Shown here piece by piece: positions 57,916-64,000 of a stretch of DNA of 64,000 nucleotides (within the stretch, counting starts at the first letter, position 1; each line of letters begins with the position of its first letter). The notes below the pieces were generated by a model. It saw only the letters and a program-made list of their open reading frames with translations, was not told the DNA's origin and did not search any database. Where the stretch lies: positions 11,722 to 75,721 of the forward strand of contig DHFM01000046.1 in the NCBI GenBank assembly GCA_002400405.1, given 5' to 3'. The translations under genes and the position numbers were made by a program. This DNA comes from Candidatus Moranbacteria bacterium UBA4824. GTDB lineage: Bacteria; Patescibacteriota; Minisyncoccia; Moranbacterales; UBA2206.

Positions 57916-60627
57916 ATGTTAAACAAACCAAAAAAACTCATTCTAATTGACGGCAATGCGATCATTCATCGGTCATATCATGCGCTTCCGCCACTAACGA
58001 CCAAAAGTGGGGAATTGGTCAACGCAGTTTATGGATTTGCGTCCACAATGCTCAGTGTCATTTCCAAATTCCAGCCGGACTATATTCTGGCGACTTTTGA
58101 TTTGGCGGGACCGACTTTTCGTCATGAGGAATATAAGGAATATAAGGCGACACGAACAAAAGCGCCAGATGAACTTTATGCGCAAATTGAGCGAGTAAAA
58201 GAAGTGGTGCGGGCGATGGGCATTCCAATTTATGAAAAGGCGGGGTTTGAGGCGGATGACGTGATTGGGACGATGATTAGAAAATCAGAAAATGAACATG
58301 AAGACATTGAAAATATAATCGTGACGGGGGATCTGGACACAGTGCAACTAGTGAGTCCGAAAACTCAAGTGTACACCATGCGTCGAGGGCTCACGGATTC
58401 GGTGATGTATGATGAGGCGAAAGTTTTTGAAAGATATGGACTGAAACCTAATCAGATTATTGATTATAAAGGTCTGCGCGGAGATCCGTCGGATAATATT
58501 TTAGGTGTCAAAGGGATTGGAGAAAAAACCGCTTCCTCTTTGCTTCAAAAATATGGGACAATTGAGGGAGTGTATGAAAATATTGCTGAAATCAAAGGGT
58601 CAGTCAAAGAAAAATTGGAACGGGACAAAATGCAAGCTATTCAAAGTAAACGCTTAGCAACAATTCGCACGGATGTTCCAGTGGAATTGAACTTGGAAGA
58701 AGCGAAAACGCATGAATTTGATCGAACAAAACTAATTAGGCTTTTTCAAGAATTGACTTTCTACTCGCTAATAAAACGTATCCCAGAGTCGAAAGATTTT
58801 AATACTACAAATTTACAAATCAATTACAAATCTACAAATAATTCCGGAATTAAGGATTTTAAATATGAACTGATTACGGATGATAAGGCGGAAGAATTTT
58901 TCAAGAATTTAAATGCGCAAAAAGAAGTTGCGATTACACTCAGAACCTCACCCCAACCCTCTCCTTATCAAGGAGAGGGGGTTAAAGGCATAGCATTTTC
59001 TTGGAAAACTGGGCGAGCCGGATATATAGAAAAAGTCGAAAGTCAGAAGTCGAAAGTCAAAAGTATTTTAGAAAATAATGGAATCAAAAAAATTGGGTAT
59101 GATTTGAAAAATAGTATAAAAATTTTAAAAGAAAATGATATTGAGCTAAAAGGTGAATTGTACGATGTAATGCTTTCAGCTTATGTGCTAAATCCGGGGG
59201 CAAAAATGGATCTTGCGAGATTAGTTTTAGAGCAATTGGGCGAGGAGGTGCATGAAGAAAAAAAGAAGGGACAGCTGGGATTGGATATGGAAACACAAGA
59301 AGAAATTGCCAACAAGGAATGCAAAGTAGCTGATTATATTTTTAAGTTAAAAGAAATTTTTTCAGAAAAAATTGAAAAAATTTCTGGGGATCAAGGTAAG
59401 GATAATAATTTGGAAAATGTTTTTTCAAAAATTGAAATGCCACTCGTTGAAATTTTAGCAGAAATGGAAATTCATGGAGTAAAACTAAATACAGTTATTT
59501 TTAAAGGTATTGTAGAAAAGATAAATGCGCGGATAATTAATTTGGAAAAAAGTATCTATGCCTTAGCTGGAATTGAATTTAATATCAATTCTCCTAAACA
59601 ATTGGCGGAAATTCTTTTTGTGAAACTTAAAATTTCAACGGATAACATTAAGAAGGGAAAGACTGGATATTCAACTGCATCAGCGGAATTACAAAAAATT
59701 AAGGGGGAATATAAAATTGCGGAAAAAATTGAAGAATACCGAGAAATTTTCAAATTGAAAACTACCTATCTAGATGCGCTACCGCTGTTAGTGGATGAAA
59801 AATCACGCATTCACACCACTTTCAACCAAGCCGTCACCGCTACAGGGCGTTTGTCCTCTTCGGAACCTAATTTGCAAAACATTCCAATTCGTACTGATCT
59901 TGGACAACTTTTGCGCGTCGCTTTTGAAGCCGAACAAGGATATAAATTAGTAGCGGCTGACTATTCACAAATTGATCTTCGCGCCGTGGCCCATGTTTCG
60001 GGGGATAAAAAAATGATTGAACTTTTTCATGTTGGGTCTGATATTCATACTGCTACCGCTTCTGAAATCAACAAGGTTTCAATTTCGCAAGTGACTCAGA
60101 AAATGCGAAGTTCGGCCAAAGCTTTGAATTTTGGTGTGATATATGGGATGAGCGTTTTTGGTTTTTCTGTCTCAGCTGGAATTTCCAGAGATGACGCCAA
60201 AAAATTTATCGACGCATATTTTGAAAAATTTACCGGTGTGGCGCAGTATATGAAATCAACCAAAGAATTTGCGAAAATTAATGGTTATGTCGAAACCGAA
60301 ATGGGTCGCCGTCGTTATATCCCAGAGATAAATTCTTCAAATTTTATGGTGCAAAATTCAGCTGAGCGAATGGCAATTAATATGCCGATTCAAGGCATGT
60401 CAGCTGATATCGTGAAGCTCGCAATGCTCGCGGTTGCCCAAGTTTATAAAAATAATCCAGATGTAAAAATAATTTTACAAGTGCATGATGAAATAATTTT
60501 GGAAGTAAAAGAAAATTTAGCGCAGGAAGTGGCCAAAAAAGTCAAAGAAATTATGGAAGGTGTTTATAAACTTAAAGTCCCGCTAGTGGTGGATGTGAAG
60601 GTGGGGGATAATTGGGGGGAAATTTAA
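57916..60627 (+). CDS. polA: DNA polymerase I
   Basis: LIDGN, EADD, GD.SDN, TGRLSS..PNLQNIP, DYSQI, K..NFG..YG, QVHDE. Confidence 0.98.
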   Translation: MLNKPKKLILIDGNAIIHRSYHALPPLTTKSGELVNAVYGFASTMLSVISKFQPDYILATFDLAGPTFRHEEYKEYKATRTKAPDELYAQIERVKEVVRAMGIPIYEKAGFEADDVIGTMIRKSENEHEDIENIIVTGDLDTVQLVSPKTQVYTMRRGLTDSVMYDEAKVFERYGLKPNQIIDYKGLRGDPSDNILGVKGIGEKTASSLLQKYGTIEGVYENIAEIKGSVKEKLERDKMQAIQSKRLATIRTDVPVELNLEEAKTHEFDRTKLIRLFQELTFYSLIKRIPESKDFNTTNLQINYKSTNNSGIKDFKYELITDDKAEEFFKNLNAQKEVAITLRTSPQPSPYQGEGVKGIAFSWKTGRAGYIEKVESQKSKVKSILENNGIKKIGYDLKNSIKILKENDIELKGELYDVMLSAYVLNPGAKMDLARLVLEQLGEEVHEEKKKGQLGLDMETQEEIANKECKVADYIFKLKEIFSEKIEKISGDQGKDNNLENVFSKIEMPLVEILAEMEIHGVKLNTVIFKGIVEKINARIINLEKSIYALAGIEFNINSPKQLAEILFVKLKISTDNIKKGKTGYSTASAELQKIKGEYKIAEKIEEYREIFKLKTTYLDALPLLVDEKSRIHTTFNQAVTATGRLSSSEPNLQNIPIRTDLGQLLRVAFEAEQGYKLVAADYSQIDLRAVAHVSGDKKMIELFHVGSDIHTATASEINKVSISQVTQKMRSSAKALNFGVIYGMSVFGFSVSAGISRDDAKKFIDAYFEKFTGVAQYMKSTKEFAKINGYVETEMGRRRYIPEINSSNFMVQNSAERMAINMPIQGMSADIVKLAMLAVAQVYKNNPDVKIILQVHDEIILEVKENLAQEVAKKVKEIMEGVYKLKVPLVVDVKVGDNWGEI
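58944..58983. repeat. Palindromic element in frame in polA (TSPQPSPYQGEG)
   Basis: cctcaccccaa-ccctctcctt-atc-aaggagaggg. Confidence 0.85.
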
Positions 60628-60628
60628 T

Positions 60629-60654
60629 CTTTCCTAAAGCGAAGCTTTAGGAAG
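60629..60654. repeat. REP, copy a
   Basis: ct-ttcctaaagc-gaa-gctttaggaa-g, 1 nt after the polA stop. Confidence 0.92.
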
Positions 60655-60676
60655 GTAAAATAGCAGAAGCATATTT

Positions 60677-61417
60677 TTACGGTTCTATAATCTTACCACT
60701 GTTCCAAATTATTTCAAAAATTTGTTTCTGCACTCTGGCAACTTCTTTATCTTCAATTACCATTCCAAATTCATCTTTGTAATTAACAATATAAACTTTT
60801 TCAGCTCCGATTATCATTTCTATTTCAGAATGAAATGTATCTTTGGGTAATATTCTGGTTTCTCTTAATTCATTTTTATCTTTTTTCTTTATTTCTAGTA
60901 TCTCATTACTCATTTCTCCAATAACCCTCACTTTTTTTCCAATATCCTTTCTTCTTTTGATATAATCATCACTAAGTTTTTTCTCGTCCGCTGAAATAAA
61001 ACGAGGAGTAGTAAAGCCGACCAATTCCGATTCGCTTGTTCTAAGCGTAGCATTATTTATTTCCTCAATCCCTCTTTTGCCTTCATAATAATATACTTTT
61101 GGCTTTTTTTCTTTTAAATTATTTATGGCGTTTAATTCTGGAATAGATTTCTTCAATTCATCAATTTTCTGTTCTTCCATTTTTAAAATTTTTTCAGGTG
61201 CCTCGGCAGAAAAATAAGTCTTCCTTCCTTTTTTTGATTGTTTAATAAAGCCTTTTTGTATGAGGTCTTTAACGATATCATAAAAATATGTTCGGTGCAG
61301 TCCTGTTTTCTCAGTTATTTGACTAGCTGTGGACACGCCTAATTCCAAGGAAGCTAAATATATATCTGCTTCTTTTTGATTTAATCCAATTTTCTCAAAA
61401 ATATTTCGCATGCTCAT
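60677..61417 (-). CDS. TrmB-family transcriptional regulator
   Basis: GL..KE..IY...LELG, RT..YD....L..KG, PKV.YYEG..GI. Confidence 0.9.
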   Translation of the reverse strand: MSMRNIFEKIGLNQKEADIYLASLELGVSTASQITEKTGLHRTYFYDIVKDLIQKGFIKQSKKGRKTYFSAEAPEKILKMEEQKIDELKKSIPELNAINNLKEKKPKVYYYEGKRGIEEINNATLRTSESELVGFTTPRFISADEKKLSDDYIKRRKDIGKKVRVIGEMSNEILEIKKKDKNELRETRILPKDTFHSEIEMIIGAEKVYIVNYKDEFGMVIEDKEVARVQKQIFEIIWNSGKIIEP

Positions 61418-61632
61418 ATTTGTCGTAAATTATAATACTAAACTTATTTTAACATAGTGGCTTAAATAAGTCAATAAATGCTTAGTTAGTTAATATATCC
61501 TAAAATTTTTGTCTTTAAATATTGACTATGAATATTGATAGTGTTATATTTTTTGAAACTTAGATAGGTTCTATTAACTAAGTTTTCTTGTTCCTTAGAA
61601 AATGACATTAAATCAAAAAAAGGAGAATTAAA

Positions 61633-61821
61633 ATGAAGAAATTCAAGATTAGCATCAGTGTTTACAATTCGGAAGCGGACAAGTTTTTCTCATGCTCCGA
61701 AGTTGTGGAGGCGAATGATCTTAAGGATGCGAGAATGAAGGGGGGTGAGGCGATAGAACGTCTCAAGAAAGAAAATCCCGCTCGCCATTGCACAATAGGT
61801 CAGATAGCGCCTCAAAAATAG
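61633..61821 (+). CDS. Small hypothetical protein
   Basis: TTGACT-17-TATATT (61522-61550), AAGGAG RBS, hairpin at 61847-61877. Confidence 0.55.
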   Translation: MKKFKISISVYNSEADKFFSCSEVVEANDLKDARMKGGEAIERLKKENPARHCTIGQIAPQK

Positions 61822-61895
61822 CTTTATTCCCCGTCTGGTATTTAGTGGCCTCTTTGAAAAGTAATATCAAAGAGGCCGTTTTTAAATTTTGTAAT

Positions 61896-61919
61896 CTTTC
61901 CTAAAGCTCGGCTTTAGGG
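61896..61919. repeat. REP, copy b (overlaps the RAYT promoter region)
   Basis: ctttcctaaagc-tcg-gctttaggg. Confidence 0.88.
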
Positions 61920-61931
61920 TACAATTGCATT

Positions 61932-62600
61932 ATGAGAAAAATAGAATTTGCTAATGAGGAATATTATCATATATTTAATCGCGGAGTAGATAAGCGCGAA
62001 ATATTTTTAAGCTCTCAAGAATACGAGAGATTTATTTTGGCGATGCAATTATTAAATGATAAAGAAGGCGGACTAATGATCAAATGGAGGGATTACAAAA
62101 AAGCCAATCCAACCGCTAAATTAGAGTCTTTCCTAAAGCGAAGCTTTAGGAAGAGGGAACCGCTGGTTGAGATTATTGCATATTGTCTAAATCCAAATCA
62201 TTATCATTTTATTTTGAAACAAATTGAAGATAATGGTATTGAAAGGTTTATGCATAAAATTGGGACAAGTTATACAAAATATTTTAATAAGAAAAATAAG
62301 CGAAGCGGAGTTTTGTTTCAAGGAGTTTTCAAATCAGTTCATATTGATTCCAATGAATACTTATTGTATCTTTCGGCTTATGTGAATAAAAATAATTTTA
62401 TTCACAGATACAATAAAAATGATGACTGGTCATATTCCAGTTTATTGGATTATTTAGGTAAGAAAAAAAGCGGATTTTTAAATATGAATGCAGTTTTAGG
62501 ACAATTTAAAAGTATAAATGAATATGAAGAATATTTGAAAAATAATGCTTTATATATGAAAGAAAAAAAGGAAATGGAGGAATATTTAATTGAAGAATAA
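61932..62600 (+). CDS. REP-associated tyrosine transposase (RAYT, Y1 HUH)
   Basis: YYH.FNRG.DK..IF, YCL.PNHYH.IL, Y..YFN....R.G.LFQG.F, Y...N, W.YSS. Confidence 0.9.
   Translation: MRKIEFANEEYYHIFNRGVDKREIFLSSQEYERFILAMQLLNDKEGGLMIKWRDYKKANPTAKLESFLKRSFRKREPLVEIIAYCLNPNHYHFILKQIEDNGIERFMHKIGTSYTKYFNKKNKRSGVLFQGVFKSVHIDSNEYLLYLSAYVNKNNFIHRYNKNDDWSYSSLLDYLGKKKSGFLNMNAVLGQFKSINEYEEYLKNNALYMKEKKEMEEYLIEE
62128..62153. repeat. REP, copy c, inside the RAYT coding sequence
   Basis: Identical to copy a; read as SFLKRSFRK. Confidence 0.92.
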
Positions 62601-62626
62601 CTTTCCTAAAGCTTCGCTTTAGGAAG
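62601..62626. repeat. REP, copy d, immediately after the RAYT stop
   Basis: ctttcctaaagc-ttc-gctttaggaag. Confidence 0.92.
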
Positions 62627-62632
62627 AAAAAT

Positions 62633-63529
62633 ATGCCGGAATTACCTGAGGTACAAACAGTCGTAAGTGACTTAAATGAAAAAATAAAGGGCGACACAAT
62701 TATGGGTTTTTGGAGTGAGTGGGGAAAAGCGATTAAGAATAAGAGCTTAGAGAAATTTAAAAAAGAAATTCAAAACAGAAAAATTTTGGGGGCGAGGAGA
62801 ATTGGAAAAAATATTTTTATTGATCTGTCAGGTGGAAAAACTTTGTATATACATTTGAAGATGACAGGGCATCTTCTAATCAAGGAACAAGAAACAAGAG
62901 ACAAGGAACAAAAAAATCACAAATTACAAAATCCAAAATCAAAAATACAAAATTATTTTTCTGATCGAGTTAATCAATATATTCGACATAAGTTTTATCT
63001 TAAATCTGGACGAACACTGGAATTTTCGGATATGAGGAAGTTTGCGAAGATTGTTTTGAATGATACAGAAAAAATAAATAATTTGAAAGAAATAAAAAAC
63101 TTAGGAATTGATGCACTCGATCCGAAATTTACTTTTAAAAAGTTTCAAGAAATTTTAGGAAAAAAACCCAATTCAAAAATAGGAATAATTTTGATGGATC
63201 AGAACATAATTTCCGGTATTGGTAATATCTATCGCAGTGAAATTTTGTTCGATGCGAAAGTTTTACCAGAAAGAATAGTGAAGTCAATCTCAAAAAAAGA
63301 TTTAGAAAAAATATACAAAGCGATGATAAAAATCCTAAAAAAAGCTGTGAAAATGCGAGGAACTTCCGACTCGGATTATCGTGACACTTCTGGCGCTCCG
63401 GGGAATTTCCAAAAAGTTTTAATGGTGTATAATAAAGAAAAGCAGGAATGCAAAGTTTGTGGTACAATAATTAAAAGAGAAACGCTGGGACAGAGAAGTG
63501 TTTTTATTTGCTCAAGTTGTCAGAAGTAA
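62633..63529 (+). CDS. mutM: Formamidopyrimidine-DNA glycosylase
   Basis: MPELPEV, R.GK, HL.MTG, D.RKF, GIGNIY..E.LF, C-terminal zinc finger. Confidence 0.96.
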   Translation: MPELPEVQTVVSDLNEKIKGDTIMGFWSEWGKAIKNKSLEKFKKEIQNRKILGARRIGKNIFIDLSGGKTLYIHLKMTGHLLIKEQETRDKEQKNHKLQNPKSKIQNYFSDRVNQYIRHKFYLKSGRTLEFSDMRKFAKIVLNDTEKINNLKEIKNLGIDALDPKFTFKKFQEILGKKPNSKIGIILMDQNIISGIGNIYRSEILFDAKVLPERIVKSISKKDLEKIYKAMIKILKKAVKMRGTSDSDYRDTSGAPGNFQKVLMVYNKEKQECKVCGTIIKRETLGQRSVFICSSCQK

Positions 63530-63548
63530 TTTTTTATAAATAATTTTA

Positions 63549-63616
63549 ATTTACTAAAGTACGAATCGAGCGAAAGTACGAATTCGTAATTTAGTTTAAT
63601 TAGTATTTTCGTAAAT
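63549..63616. repeat. 68-bp TACGAAT-family hairpin, copy 2
   Basis: 4 mismatches to 7379-7446; abuts ATG 63617. Confidence 0.92.
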
Positions 63617-64000
63617 ATGACTAAAAAACAAAAAATAATTATTGCTGTTCTTGCGATAGCAATCGTGGCGGGGGGATTTTATTTTTTCAAAAAAACAAAT
63701 ACTTCCAATGTTAAACAAATAGATCTAAATAACACAAAGTCAAATTCAGGCCCAACTAATACTGGGCCAGTGAGTCCAATTTCGGGGTTAAATTGTGAAG
63801 ATTGGAATCGCCGTCCCGTAGCGGTGATGCAACCATCAGACGTGCAAGCTCGTCCGGCCGCTGGTTTTTCCGAGGCGGATATGGTGATTGAACTTCCTGC
63901 TTATACATCTTCCAATACGCGTCTTTTAGGTGTTTATATTTGTAATATTCCTAAAGAAGTCGGCGCCATTAGAAGTGCTCGCCATGATCACATTGCTTTA
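63617..64000 (+). CDS. DUF3048-family membrane-anchored protein, truncated by the window end
   Basis: Hand translation: TM segment, SPISG, RRPVAVM, ARP..G.SEAD.V.E, TR, G.IRSAR. Confidence 0.8.
   Translation, partial: MTKKQKIIIAVLAIAIVAGGFYFFKKTNTSNVKQIDLNNTKSNSGPTNTGPVSPISGLNCEDWNRRPVAVMQPSDVQARPAAGFSEADMVIELPAYTSSNTRLLGVYICNIPKEVGAIRSARHDHIAL

Noticed and set aside
60629-62626. 26-bp palindromes as CRISPR repeats
   Set aside because: Spacing is irregular (hundreds of bp) and tied to a RAYT gene

Overview
AT-rich chromosomal window from a small-genome bacterium. Gene content suggests Patescibacteria/CPR, Parcubacteria-like (inference); standard code, with TGA used as stop. It spans the replication origin (rpmH-dnaA-oriC-dnaN). 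Left of the origin lie a CPR-type T4SS-like locus (VirB6-like, PrgI, VirB4, pilins, a pilin-lytic transglycosylase fusion) and a five-gene glycosylation cluster. Right of it lie trxB, two AbiE pairs, PBP1A, a four-gene peptide-ligase operon with a split cyanophycin-synthetase-like pair, a toxin-antitoxin hotspot between yebC and ruvC, ruvB, a tandem double PilB/GspE ATPase, tsaE, polA, a RAYT transposase and mutM. The most striking signal is about 35 small hairpin elements from about 10 families. They hug stop and start codons and sit in frame inside conserved genes such as polA, tsaE and mutM. One family encloses a four-helix-bundle (Avd/23S-IVS-like) gene and also occurs empty; another flanks the RAYT gene and sits inside it. 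Also found: two apparent alleles of the yebC-ruvC island stacked in tandem, and a promoter-driven multi-stem RNA candidate. All calls are by eye from motifs; no searches were run.
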